DNA from: an uncultured Pseudomonadota bacterium
GTDB taxonomy: Bacteria > Pseudomonadota > Gammaproteobacteria > Ga0077536
Length of the DNA: 64,000 nucleotides
Assembly (NCBI GenBank): GCA_913047675.1
Contig: CAJWTO010000004.1
Location: 2,134 to 66,133 of the forward strand
Direction: 5' to 3'
The translations under genes were made by a program, and so were the position numbers. How positions within the stretch are numbered: position 1 is the stretch's first letter; every line of letters begins with the position of its first letter. Below are positions 35,775 through 45,498 of the stretch, one piece after another. Under the pieces are notes generated by a model, which was given only the letters and a program-made list of their open reading frames with translations, made no database searches and was not told the DNA's origin.

Positions 35775-37871
35775 CTAACTATTTTCCACTGCGCTTATCT
35801 GAACCCTGTTATCGTGAAATGCGGCACCCCCAACTGGCCCGGACGGATCGGATCCTGTTAAGACGTTAATTCCCAGTCCAGACTTAAAAGCGGAGTTCGG
35901 CCAGATACTTTCGGCTATCACTACGCCGGCATTGACCCCGTCAAAGATTTTCACCCGTAACTCTAGACTTCCTCGTTTGTTCGACACCACTATCCAGTCA
36001 TCCTGTTCTACGCCTAGTGATTTTGCATCCAAAGGATTTATCATAAGAGTTGGATATTTCTCCCGTTTTTGAGATGTGGTCGTTTCTGTGAACGAGGAGT
36101 TTAAAAAATGCCTAGCGGGAGCCGTAACCAGTCGAAAAGGGAATGACAAATTTGACTCCTCTATCACCTCCCAGTGATCTGGCAAGGCGGGCATCTCTTT
36201 AATTAAGCCAGTATCTTGGAATTTTCTAGCTTCCACCCCCCATACTTTCTGCTGCTCTGACCAGTTAGCGCGAAAATGCCATAATTTGTCCGCATGGCCG
36301 AACCCATTAATAAAATGAGATGTTTCGAAGTCAGGCTGTACGTCAAACCATTTCTCTTTTTCTAAAGTCTCGAGATTGTTCCAGCCAGATTTAACTAAAG
36401 TCTGATCAATAATTTCTCGGGCAGATAAATTAAAGCCTTCATGCGAGGCGTTTAGTCTTTTAGCCAGGTCACAAATTACTTCATGATTTGAGCGACACTC
36501 GCCGGGAGGCGTGATCAGTTTTGGACCAAAATGAATATGTTGATGACCGCCGCTTTGATAAAAATCATCATGCTCCATAAACATTGTAGCTGGTAGAATA
36601 ATATCGGCCATTTCTGCAGTCTCTGTCATAAACTGCTCGTGGACACAGGTAAATAGATCCTCTCTTTCAAAACCACTACGTACTAGATTGAGATTAGGTG
36701 CGACTGACATCGGATTAGTATTTTGGATAAAAAGTGCTTTAACGGGAGGGCCTCCACTTAAGGTCGACGGAACACCAGTCAGAATTTCCCCGATTCTTGA
36801 TTGATCTAGCAGCCGTACGGCGGGATCTATTGCATCTAGACCCTCGATAAGAGTCTTATCCCAGTGATAGATGCCGCTATTAGCTAACAACGCGCCACCA
36901 CCTTCGTAAAGCCACGAACCGGTAATCGCTGCTATCGACGCCACTGCATGCATACTGTTTGCGCCGTTTCTTTGACGCGTGAAGCCATACCCTAGTCTCA
37001 GGAACGTTTTCTTATTTTCTCCGATTAAATTGGCGAGTCCTATGATGTCATCCTCAGAGATACCACAAATTTGACTTGCCCAACGGGGAGTATGCTTTGT
37101 CAGATGCTGCTCTAAAATATCAGAGTCTTTCGTGTATTTTTTAAGGTAGGCTCTATCAGCCATATTGCCTTTAAATAAGTGATGCATGATTGAGCAAGCA
37201 AGTGCGCCATCAGTACCAGGCTTGACTGCGATAAATAAGTCGGCTTGCTTAGCGGTAGCATTTCTATAAGTGTCGACTACCACAATTTTCGCGCCATGAT
37301 CTCGGCGAGCTTTAAGCGCATGATTCATGACATTCACTTGAGTTACGGCGGCATTAGTACCCCAAATGACAATCACGTCAGACTTTTGCATCTCACGAGG
37401 GTCCACACCTGACATTCGACCCGATCCTGCCAAGTAACCGCTCCAAGCGAGCGAGACACAGATCGTACTATGATAGCCAGAATATTTCTTTACATGCCGG
37501 AGTCTATTTATTCCATCCCGCATAAGTAAACCCATAGTGCCAGCGTAATAGTAGGGCCATATGGATTCAGCGCCATAATCACTTTCTATTTTTAAGAACT
37601 TTTGGACAACTTCGTCAAGAGCTTCATCCCAGGATATAGGAGCAAATTTTCCACTTCCTTTTTTACCGATGCGCCTTAGTGGTTTAGTAATCCGGTCGGG
37701 GTGGTGAGTCCTTTCAGCGTAGCGTGCGACTTTGCTACAAATTACGCCATCGGTATAAGTATTATCTTTCGCGCCTCTTACCCGCCCTATGTGGGTAGGT
37801 GAAAGTACCTCTATTTCCAGAGCGCAGGTAGATGGACAATCATGTGGACAAGCACTATTTATAAACGTCAT
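35775..37871 (-). CDS. molybdopterin (bis-MGD) oxidoreductase, single-subunit cytoplasmic type, substrate unknown
   Basis: The N-terminal Fe-S motif is CPHDCPSTCAL. MopB-family core motifs are present (VIVIWGTNAAVTQ, VVVDTYRNATA, KPGTDGAL), with a C-terminal MGD-binding barrel. There is no Tat signal. The ATG at 37871 is preceded by AGGGGGGG. Confidence 0.85.
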   Translation of the reverse strand: MTFINSACPHDCPSTCALEIEVLSPTHIGRVRGAKDNTYTDGVICSKVARYAERTHHPDRITKPLRRIGKKGSGKFAPISWDEALDEVVQKFLKIESDYGAESIWPYYYAGTMGLLMRDGINRLRHVKKYSGYHSTICVSLAWSGYLAGSGRMSGVDPREMQKSDVIVIWGTNAAVTQVNVMNHALKARRDHGAKIVVVDTYRNATAKQADLFIAVKPGTDGALACSIMHHLFKGNMADRAYLKKYTKDSDILEQHLTKHTPRWASQICGISEDDIIGLANLIGENKKTFLRLGYGFTRQRNGANSMHAVASIAAITGSWLYEGGGALLANSGIYHWDKTLIEGLDAIDPAVRLLDQSRIGEILTGVPSTLSGGPPVKALFIQNTNPMSVAPNLNLVRSGFEREDLFTCVHEQFMTETAEMADIILPATMFMEHDDFYQSGGHQHIHFGPKLITPPGECRSNHEVICDLAKRLNASHEGFNLSAREIIDQTLVKSGWNNLETLEKEKWFDVQPDFETSHFINGFGHADKLWHFRANWSEQQKVWGVEARKFQDTGLIKEMPALPDHWEVIEESNLSFPFRLVTAPARHFLNSSFTETTTSQKREKYPTLMINPLDAKSLGVEQDDWIVVSNKRGSLELRVKIFDGVNAGVVIAESIWPNSAFKSGLGINVLTGSDPSGPVGGAAFHDNRVQISAVENS

Positions 37872-38048
37872 GTTACCCCCCCTCATGGTTAATCTAGGCC
37901 TTATTTCTTATTGTACGCACTTTTACGTAGATACTATATTTTATTTTTTGGTCAATAACGTAATTGATCAGATAATTTTTTGAGTGGTTTTTTTCTGTTA
38001 TCCAGCATATTCTCTTGTGCAAATAAACCTGTGGTGGAGAAAAATTAG

Positions 38049-38876
38049 ATGAAACTTCGTAAAGTCGTTAGTTCTGACGGTTTGAGATTGAATGTAGCAG
38101 AATGCGGGAATGAAGAAGGGCCATCAATACTTTTCATTCACGGTTGGTCACAATCGTACCTGTGCTGGATGAATCAGTTAGAAAGTCAACTCGCTGAAAG
38201 GTTTAGGTTGGTGGCATTCGATCTTAGAGGTCATGGTGCTTCCGAGGCACCTCAAGAAGAATCTGCATACACTAGCACTGCTCAATGGGCTGACGATGTG
38301 AAGGCGGTAATTAATGAGCTGGGATTAGGGAAAACTCTGTTAGTTGGTTGGAGTTACGGTGGATTAGTTATTTGCGATTACATACGAGAGTATGGCTATG
38401 ATTGTGTCAGTGGTATTAATTTTGTTGGTGCAACGGTGAAGCTTAACGAGGCGGCGATAGGGCCGTTTATAGGGCCAGGGTTTTACGACCATTTTGAAGC
38501 GGCCACTTCTGATAACCTTCAACTAAGCGTCGATGCGATGCGAGTCTTCGTAGAAGGTTGCTTCACTAAAAAGTTATCGAGAGAGGATTACGAGAGAATT
38601 CTTTGTTTTAACATGGCTGTGCGGCCTGACGTGCGAGCTAGTATAGCTGCTCGGGACCTCGATAACAGTGACCTCCTAGAAGAGATCTCTTCTCCTGTTT
38701 TGGTGTCTCAGGGTGAGGAAGATATTGTAGTGCTACCTTCTATGGCTAAATTTATATTGGATAACTGCGGTGTTGCCGAAGGAAGTTATTACGAAGGAGT
38801 AGGGCACGGCCCGTTTATAGAGGACGTTGACCGCTTCAATGCCGAGTTGACGACCTTTGTCGACAAAGTAGTCTGA
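38049..38876 (+). CDS. alpha/beta hydrolase
   Basis: ILFIHGWSQS (oxyanion region) and the nucleophile elbow VGWSYGG. Confidence 0.85.
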   Translation: MKLRKVVSSDGLRLNVAECGNEEGPSILFIHGWSQSYLCWMNQLESQLAERFRLVAFDLRGHGASEAPQEESAYTSTAQWADDVKAVINELGLGKTLLVGWSYGGLVICDYIREYGYDCVSGINFVGATVKLNEAAIGPFIGPGFYDHFEAATSDNLQLSVDAMRVFVEGCFTKKLSREDYERILCFNMAVRPDVRASIAARDLDNSDLLEEISSPVLVSQGEEDIVVLPSMAKFILDNCGVAEGSYYEGVGHGPFIEDVDRFNAELTTFVDKVV

Positions 38877-38900
38877 ACTGAAATAAAAGGAGAAGGAGCA

Positions 38901-39773
38901 TTGCTTTCGGGAACTAACTTAGTGTCTACCTCCTGGCTTGAGCGGCACTTGAATATGAGCTCGCTACGATTGTTCGACACAACTGTTGATTTGAAAACTC
39001 AATCTGATGGAACTGGTTATCTTCCTATCAGTGGTTATGACCGTTGGGCTAAAGATCATATTCCTGGCGCTGGGTTTTTAGATGTAATTCAGGAGCTATC
39101 GGACCCGGAAAACTCAGTTCCGTTTATGATGCCTCCTCCCAAAAATTTTGGGGCAGCAATGCAGAGATACGGGGTGGCTGACGACTCAGTCGTTGTGCTG
39201 TATGGGAGAGGGTCGCCGATGTGGGCTACTCGAGTTTGGTGGATGTTACTTTCTATCGGTTTTCACAATGTCGCTGTTTTAGATGGCGGATGGGAGAAAT
39301 GGAGCAAGGAGGGGCGCAGAACGGAGTCACAATTTAAACCATATCCTTTAGGTAAGTTAAGTATTAAACCTAAGCCCGAGCTTTGGGTTGGGAAAGAAGA
39401 GATGCGTGAGGCTGAGAATGACGAGGACATAGTTGTTATCAATGCACTTTCTCCGGACGTTTATTCCGGCAAACAAAATCGGTATGGTAGACCGGGTCAT
39501 CTTAGAGGTTCATACAATGTTTATTATGGCTCTATATTAAACCCAGAGGATTCAACATTTTTACCTATAGGAAATTTAAAGGCTCGATTTTTAGAAAGCG
39601 GCGCATTGAAAGCCCGAAAAGTATATACCTATTGCGGTGGCGGTATATCTGCGACCATGGATTGTTTAGCGCTACATGCCTGTGGACAACTGAATGTTGC
39701 CGTTTATGACGGCTCCATGTCGGAATGGGTTAGAGATGAAAGTTTAGAACTTGTTATCGGCAGCGAGCCTTAA
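38901..39773 (+). CDS. two-domain rhodanese sulfurtransferase (SseA/3-mercaptopyruvate-thiosulfate type)
   Basis: LVSTSWLERHL start, tandem rhodanese domains and active-site loop YCGGGISAT. The TTG start is preceded by AAGGAGAAGGAG. Confidence 0.85.
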   Translation: MLSGTNLVSTSWLERHLNMSSLRLFDTTVDLKTQSDGTGYLPISGYDRWAKDHIPGAGFLDVIQELSDPENSVPFMMPPPKNFGAAMQRYGVADDSVVVLYGRGSPMWATRVWWMLLSIGFHNVAVLDGGWEKWSKEGRRTESQFKPYPLGKLSIKPKPELWVGKEEMREAENDEDIVVINALSPDVYSGKQNRYGRPGHLRGSYNVYYGSILNPEDSTFLPIGNLKARFLESGALKARKVYTYCGGGISATMDCLALHACGQLNVAVYDGSMSEWVRDESLELVIGSEP

Positions 39774-39778
39774 GTATT

Positions 39779-40144
39779 TTACGACTCGCCAGTATCTTCC
39801 GGCCAAACTTTGTTTAGACTTCGCATTGCGCCCATCGCATTAGGCCAGCCAGCGTAATGTGCTGTATGAGCGATCATCTCAACTAGTTTTTCACGGGGCA
39901 CTCCAAGTCTCTTTGCGGCGGCGAAATGGAAATGCTGTTCGGGCTCTCGCGCTAGAGCCGTCAATATGGTGCAAGTTATCAAGGATCGCTCTTTGAGTTC
40001 GAGATCTTCGCCTTGCCAGACCCTGCCGAACAAGTGCTCTAGAGAGTAATCTCTCAAATTTTGTGGCAATCCATCCACTCCATTTGGATTGCCGCAAAGC
40101 TTATCTAATAACTCTCTCCCTTTTTCTTTTCTATCGTCAGTCAT
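39779..40144 (-). CDS. carboxymuconolactone decarboxylase (AhpD-like) family protein
   Basis: 121 aa. SLITCTILTALAREPEQHFHFAAAKRLGV...AHTAHYAGWPNA is typical of the CMD/PcaC-like fold. Confidence 0.8.
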   Translation of the reverse strand: MTDDRKEKGRELLDKLCGNPNGVDGLPQNLRDYSLEHLFGRVWQGEDLELKERSLITCTILTALAREPEQHFHFAAAKRLGVPREKLVEMIAHTAHYAGWPNAMGAMRSLNKVWPEDTGES

Positions 40145-40183
40145 TATCGTTTCTCTTTTATTGTTTGTTGGTGTTAGGTACTT

Positions 40184-40843
40184 CTAGCTTGACCATTCTT
40201 CAAAATGAATTTTGGTTTCTAGCGGCTCTCTCGATACCGGGCCAAATTTACCGCTAGGAAAACCTATAGGGATGGTAGCAACCAACCCATGGTCGGTGGG
40301 TATTTTATAATACGCATGAATCTCATCTTCAAACATTTGATGCATGGTGGTCAAGCTTGCTCCAAGACCGAGCGCACGCGCAGCAAGGAGAATATTCTGA
40401 ACACACGGATAGATAGAGCCATATGAGGGGGGCGCTTTGCCGACACGGTCTTGTTCTTTGACATTAAAAGGCCAATCTCGTTTTCCTAATACCATAAGTA
40501 TCACGGGCGCTTCGTGCATGTGCTCAGATAAATACAGAGCAGAGCGTATCGTCCGTCCATACTTTGTCGAGGTATCTGGTTCAAGCAGTCCATCACCAAA
40601 ACGATTTTTCAGCCAGAAATCATAGCGTTCGCCAAAAAATTTCTTTTTTTCAGGATCGGTTATTACGACAAATGCCCAAGGCTGAGAATTTATGCCGCTG
40701 GGCGCCTGTATTCCTGCATCAAGAATTTTTTCAACCATCTCGATTGGCACAGGATCTTTCTTAAGTCTTCGCATGGATCTGAGGCTATAAATAATCTCAA
40801 AAATATCACCTTCACTTGCCATTAGTGTATTTTCCCCTAACAT
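40184..40843 (-). CDS. nitroreductase family protein
   Basis: IIYSLRSMRRLKKDPVP...APSGINSQPWAFVV...NILLAARALGLGASLT. Confidence 0.85.
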   Translation of the reverse strand: MLGENTLMASEGDIFEIIYSLRSMRRLKKDPVPIEMVEKILDAGIQAPSGINSQPWAFVVITDPEKKKFFGERYDFWLKNRFGDGLLEPDTSTKYGRTIRSALYLSEHMHEAPVILMVLGKRDWPFNVKEQDRVGKAPPSYGSIYPCVQNILLAARALGLGASLTTMHQMFEDEIHAYYKIPTDHGLVATIPIGFPSGKFGPVSREPLETKIHFEEWSS

Positions 40844-40968
40844 ATAATATTTGTATCATTCCATATCGAAGGTATATGTCATTTAATCAAAGGTAAAGAG
40901 AAAATAACGCCTGAGTTTTCCACGAGGCGGTCACAAGATAAGATTCATGAACAAGGGGAGGGGAAGAC

Positions 40969-42123
40969 ATGCGTGAGGTTGCCGAGCCATTTTCGATAAA
41001 TATACCTGATTCTCAGTTAATAGATTTGGAAAATAGGCTACGAAATAGCCGCATTCCAACTCAGATCGATAACTCAGATTGGAATTATGGAACAGAAGCA
41101 AATTATATTTCCGAGTTAGTTGATTATTGGCTAGATGAATATGACTGGCGAGTGCAGGAAGACATGCTCAATAATGTTCTGCCACAGTACACCTTGGATA
41201 TTGATGGGAGAAAAATTCATTATGCTCACGTAATGTCCGACAACCCCAAAAATTTGACGATCGTCCTGACTCACGGGTGGCCGGGCTCATTTTTGGAGTT
41301 CTATAAGGTAGCCCGCCGACTAACGCATCCCGAGGAGTTTGGCGAGGATAAAGATCAAGCTTTCAATATTATTTGCCCTTCGATGACTGGCTATGGTTGG
41401 TCAGAGCCATTACTAGACAGTGGTTGTGACGTTCGCAAGGTAGCTGAGCGACAAGTCAAACTACTGCGTGCTTTAGGTATTGAGCGTTACGGCGTACAAG
41501 GTGGGGATTGGGGCGGTATAGTGAGTCCGCATATGGCACTGTTGGCTCCTGATTCTGTTGTTGGAGTACACCTAAATATGTGCTCAACAGCTTCCACCGA
41601 CGATCCTGAAGAGGCGAGAGCACAAGGGGTTGTCACTGGGCCTTTTTGTATCAGTAGAGAATACGATCGAGAGCAAAAAGGCTACGCCGTAATACAAGGA
41701 TTGAAACCCGATCAATTGAGTTTTGCACTTAATGATTCTCCCCTAGGATTAGCTGCTTGGATAATTCAATGTTTTCATATGTGGGGTGATATTGACGGTG
41801 ATCTCGAATCACGTTTTACAAAAGATGAACTGATTACTAATATTTTGATCTACTGGTTTACTCAGTCTATGCCGTCTGCTATTCGTCTTTACTGCGAATC
41901 CATGAGAGCGAATACTTTTGGCCCAGTAAGAGACTTCGTCAAGACACCTACCGCAGTTGCACTTTTCAAAGATATCCCCAAGCCAAAAAGAGAGTGGGCG
42001 GAAAAGGAATACAATATTGCGCGATGGACGGTGATGCCATCTGGAGGACACTTCGCAGCGCTTGAGGAACCAAAATTGTTAGCGGACGACGTACGAGAGT
42101 TTTTCGGTAATTTACAGGGATAG
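40969..42123 (+). CDS. epoxide hydrolase (microsomal-type, with N-terminal EHN domain)
   Basis: LTHGWPGSFLEF (HGWP oxyanion motif) and nucleophile motif VQGGDWGG. 384 aa. Confidence 0.88.
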   Translation: MREVAEPFSINIPDSQLIDLENRLRNSRIPTQIDNSDWNYGTEANYISELVDYWLDEYDWRVQEDMLNNVLPQYTLDIDGRKIHYAHVMSDNPKNLTIVLTHGWPGSFLEFYKVARRLTHPEEFGEDKDQAFNIICPSMTGYGWSEPLLDSGCDVRKVAERQVKLLRALGIERYGVQGGDWGGIVSPHMALLAPDSVVGVHLNMCSTASTDDPEEARAQGVVTGPFCISREYDREQKGYAVIQGLKPDQLSFALNDSPLGLAAWIIQCFHMWGDIDGDLESRFTKDELITNILIYWFTQSMPSAIRLYCESMRANTFGPVRDFVKTPTAVALFKDIPKPKREWAEKEYNIARWTVMPSGGHFAALEEPKLLADDVREFFGNLQG

Positions 42124-42146
42124 AATTAATAGTCAGGGGTATATTG

Positions 42147-42803
42147 ATGAGCAAGATTTACGGAGAGGCGCACAGATTGTTTCAGGGGAACTTTGGGACT
42201 ACTGATATGGCGACTCGATTAGAAGAGGTTATTGTAAAGACTGAATTCGACGATGCGGATGTTGCTTTTATTGAATGTAGAGACATGTTTTTCCTCTCGA
42301 CAGTTGATCACGCAGGCAGACCAACGGTCTCGTACAAGGGAGGCGATATTGGCTTTGTTCGGGTAGTTGATCCCACGACCCTGGCGTTCCCAAGTTATGA
42401 TGGCAACGGTATGTTTTATTCCATGGGCAACTTACATCAAAATCCGAGTGTCGGAATATTATTCATCGATTTCGAAGTTCCGCATCGCATGAGACTACAA
42501 GGGAAAGCCTCGATAGTAGACAATGATCCACTTCTTCAGGAGTATTTAGAAGCCGACTTAATTGTCAGAGTTAGTCTCGAACAGACTTGGGTTAATTGTC
42601 CGCGCTATATCCATCGATATAAAAAACTTCAGACTTCTAAATATGTGCCGAAGTCTAACGTTGAGACGCCGCATGCTGTTTGGAAGCGTATAGATGCGGT
42701 TCAAGATGTTTTGCCTGAAAAAGATCAGGGCAAGGCAGCGGTGTCGGGCGGCGAACTAACTTTTGAAGAGTATGTCGAATTGCAGCGCAAAGGAGACGCA
42801 TAA
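42147..42803 (+). CDS. pyridoxamine 5'-phosphate oxidase-like (split-barrel flavin/deazaflavin) family protein
   Basis: FFLSTVDHAGRPTVSYKGGDIGFVRVVD...YDGNGMFYSMGNLHQNPSVGILFIDF is the PPOX-type split beta-barrel. Confidence 0.75.
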   Translation: MSKIYGEAHRLFQGNFGTTDMATRLEEVIVKTEFDDADVAFIECRDMFFLSTVDHAGRPTVSYKGGDIGFVRVVDPTTLAFPSYDGNGMFYSMGNLHQNPSVGILFIDFEVPHRMRLQGKASIVDNDPLLQEYLEADLIVRVSLEQTWVNCPRYIHRYKKLQTSKYVPKSNVETPHAVWKRIDAVQDVLPEKDQGKAAVSGGELTFEEYVELQRKGDA

Positions 42804-42815
42804 TTTCTCGCTATA

Positions 42816-43967
42816 TCATTTGCGATACCCATTGATTTTATCAGTAATTGTGCTGTGAAATTTTGCGAGGGCGGGCTCATTAAGCCCGAAGGTGATATTG
42901 TTTTGCGCCCCAGTATAGAAACCTTTTTGAGTTCCTTCGCCCACGGGAAAATCTTCATTTTCGGTGACGTGTAATACAAGCTCAAGATTCTTGTCCCAAT
43001 GCTGCTTTGATTTTTCATCGCAGCATTCGTCAGGCGTGTAAAGCGAAACTTGCATTACAGTTTCATTGACCGGATCCTTGCCTGGGAAAATTTGCCACAA
43101 TTCAATATGATCCAGCTGCCAAACAAGCACCACATTAGGAAATAGAATATAAATTGACACTATATGCGGAAGAATATTCCATTCGGTCTTGGGCAAATTC
43201 CGCAGCTCGTCAATGCTATGACGCGCGAATACCAACCTGAAGTGATCGCCGGCCGGATCAAATGTGCCTAGGTTATGATAAAAAATATTACAGATAGATT
43301 CTTTATGAAGAACGCAGAAATGGTACGACTCCATGAAGGTATCCATCACTAATTTCCAATTCATACGTTTTGTTAACGAGCGACTTTCGTGGTGATAGAA
43401 ATTTCCGAGGTCAAAGTGTTTGAGATCGTCGTTTATTGTGCTCATGTGGCTTTTAATTGCTAATGAGACGCCTGGTGCTGGCATCACCCAAAGTAAGCCG
43501 TCAAGTTCTGTTGCTTCCAGTTCGACTAGGTGATGGTCCGATTTAGGAGAGTGTTCAAATGATATCTCTTCTGGTCGATTTATTAGGCTACCCTTTAAGT
43601 CATATTTCCATGAATGATAGGGACAATTAAAGTATTTTCTTTTACCACAGGATTCCGCCACCCGAGCTCCTCGGTGACGACACACGTTTAAGAAGGCATG
43701 AAATTTTCCAGATTCATCTCGAGTTAAAAGTAAAGGTTGTTGACTTAAATCGTGCGTAAAATATGTATTTTTTTTAGGGAGTAGGTTGCTCAGGCCAACA
43801 CAAAGAGGTGTCTTCTGAAATAATATCGAGCATTCCTTTTGTGAGACCGCCTCGGACGTATACTCGCTTACCGGTTGCTTGTATATCTGCTCAGCCAATG
43901 CTGTTGTTGAGTCATCAATATATTCAAAGATCTGTTCGCCGACCTTAATTTGCTCTGATTGTTGCAA
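42816..43967 (-). CDS. Rieske [2Fe-2S] aromatic-ring-hydroxylating oxygenase alpha subunit
   Basis: The Rieske motif is CRHRGARV...CPYHSWKY. The C-terminal catalytic domain has the conserved His-containing region (MESYHFCVLH). Confidence 0.88.
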   Translation of the reverse strand: MQQSEQIKVGEQIFEYIDDSTTALAEQIYKQPVSEYTSEAVSQKECSILFQKTPLCVGLSNLLPKKNTYFTHDLSQQPLLLTRDESGKFHAFLNVCRHRGARVAESCGKRKYFNCPYHSWKYDLKGSLINRPEEISFEHSPKSDHHLVELEATELDGLLWVMPAPGVSLAIKSHMSTINDDLKHFDLGNFYHHESRSLTKRMNWKLVMDTFMESYHFCVLHKESICNIFYHNLGTFDPAGDHFRLVFARHSIDELRNLPKTEWNILPHIVSIYILFPNVVLVWQLDHIELWQIFPGKDPVNETVMQVSLYTPDECCDEKSKQHWDKNLELVLHVTENEDFPVGEGTQKGFYTGAQNNITFGLNEPALAKFHSTITDKINGYRK

Positions 43968-44094
43968 TGTTACCCGCCCCCCTAGGCTCTAGTTAGGAGT
44001 GTTCAGTATAAGCACAAAGGGTTTAGAGATAGAAATCTGATTTATTTAAGTGGTATATTCATTGCTCATCACAAATTTGGGGGAGCAATCAAAA

Positions 44095-44592
44095 ATGTCA
44101 GCGAAACTAGAAATTCCAGCGATCGCGGGTGTGCCTGAAACTCATCATCGAGGAGCCGAAGACCTACCGTTTGTTTATTTCGCGGATGGGGTTAAATTTC
44201 AGTTGCTGCAATACGATATCGAGGGCGGACTTTGGGTAGTCAGAACGATTTTTGAGCCCGGAGTTACTATACAGAAGCACAAGCATACGGGCGAAGTGTA
44301 TGCTGTGACATTTAGCGGTGCCTGGAAATATCATGAATACCCGGAAACCGTAAACCGGGCTTTTTCCTACTTGTACGAACCTGCCGGCTCAGTACACACG
44401 TTAACCACGGAGATTCCTGGCCTTGACGAACCCACTGACATTTGGTTTGCCATTCGGGGCGCAAATTTGAACCTCGGTTCAGATGGAAGCGTGGAAAGTG
44501 TACTCGATGCCGGACGTATTCTTAAACTATACGAAGATGAGTGCGCAAAAGCTGGTTACCCGAAACCACAGCCGATCTGCATGCACGGCTAA
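44095..44592 (+). CDS. cupin, 2,4'-dihydroxyacetophenone dioxygenase (DAD) family
   Basis: GLWVVRTIFEPGVTIQKHKHTGEVYAVTFSGAWKY...YLYEPAGSVHTL. The ATG at 44095 is preceded by GGGGGAG (the ORF-track start at 44050 adds 15 codons). Confidence 0.75.
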   Translation: MSAKLEIPAIAGVPETHHRGAEDLPFVYFADGVKFQLLQYDIEGGLWVVRTIFEPGVTIQKHKHTGEVYAVTFSGAWKYHEYPETVNRAFSYLYEPAGSVHTLTTEIPGLDEPTDIWFAIRGANLNLGSDGSVESVLDAGRILKLYEDECAKAGYPKPQPICMHG

Positions 44593-45233
44593 TAAAGTTC
44601 ATTTTTGTAGTTGTCGTCAACATAGGAATCAACTTCAGCCACTAATGCCTCATCAGGCTTATCGCCAGTCTGTGCTGATTGTTCTAAGATCATTTTCCCG
44701 ATAGTGGGCATCTCTTTCCTGTCTTGTATGCTTTCTGGTGCCCAAAGTTTTGACCTCTTTACTGCTTTAGCGCAGTGAAGCATTGCTGTTTCTACGCCTA
44801 TATGAATGCCAAGCTTCGGGGCCTTATCGTTCACTGTAGCGTTAATCAGAAGAGTTTCATCTTGGACGATTAAAGCTTTGCCTTTAACCCTGAGACAGTC
44901 TTCAAACCCTGGGATCATGAATAGCAATCCAACATTCGGGTTATCTATAATGTTGGTAAGAGTATCAATTCTATTATTGCCGGGCCGCTCAGGAATAAAT
45001 AATGTATTTGCATCTAGTACTTGTACAAATCCTGGTTGATCGCCTCTAGGTGAGACATCTCCACCTCGGTCTGCGCTACTTCCAATACAAACAAAAGGCG
45101 AACGTGATATGAACTCAATGCAGTACTTATCGAGGTGGTCAATTGCCTTGGCGACGGCTAGGTCCATGGGCTTGTCTATAAAAGTCCTCAATTGAGCTTC
45201 GGTGGTAAAAATTTTTTCTGCTTTCATGCTCAT
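44589..45233 (-). CDS. PPOX-type flavoprotein (MSMEG_1061-like family)
   Basis: FISRSPFVCIGSSADRGGDVSPRGDQPGFVQVLD...PERPGNNRIDTLTNIIDNPNVGLLFMIPG. Its stop codon overlaps the stop of the convergent DAD gene by 4 nt. Confidence 0.75.
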   Translation of the reverse strand: MSMKAEKIFTTEAQLRTFIDKPMDLAVAKAIDHLDKYCIEFISRSPFVCIGSSADRGGDVSPRGDQPGFVQVLDANTLFIPERPGNNRIDTLTNIIDNPNVGLLFMIPGFEDCLRVKGKALIVQDETLLINATVNDKAPKLGIHIGVETAMLHCAKAVKRSKLWAPESIQDRKEMPTIGKMILEQSAQTGDKPDEALVAEVDSYVDDNYKNELY

Positions 45234-45498
45234 TTTTATGTCCCTTATTACTATGGTATTTATAGCTAACGAAAAGACGGTGAAGCCTTTTATACGGGTG
45301 TTGCAATACGTTAGTTAATTAATATACTTAGTTATATAATGTAGTTTCAGAAAATTCCAACAATTATTTGTGTTCTTTGATTGGTTTGGGGCACACCTGT
45401 AGAGTTTGTGTTCGGTTGAAGCTTTTTAATATGATTTTATCTCGGCGATCAGTCTAGATACGTTAGCCTGTAACTAAATATCAACAAAGGTTTTATTA

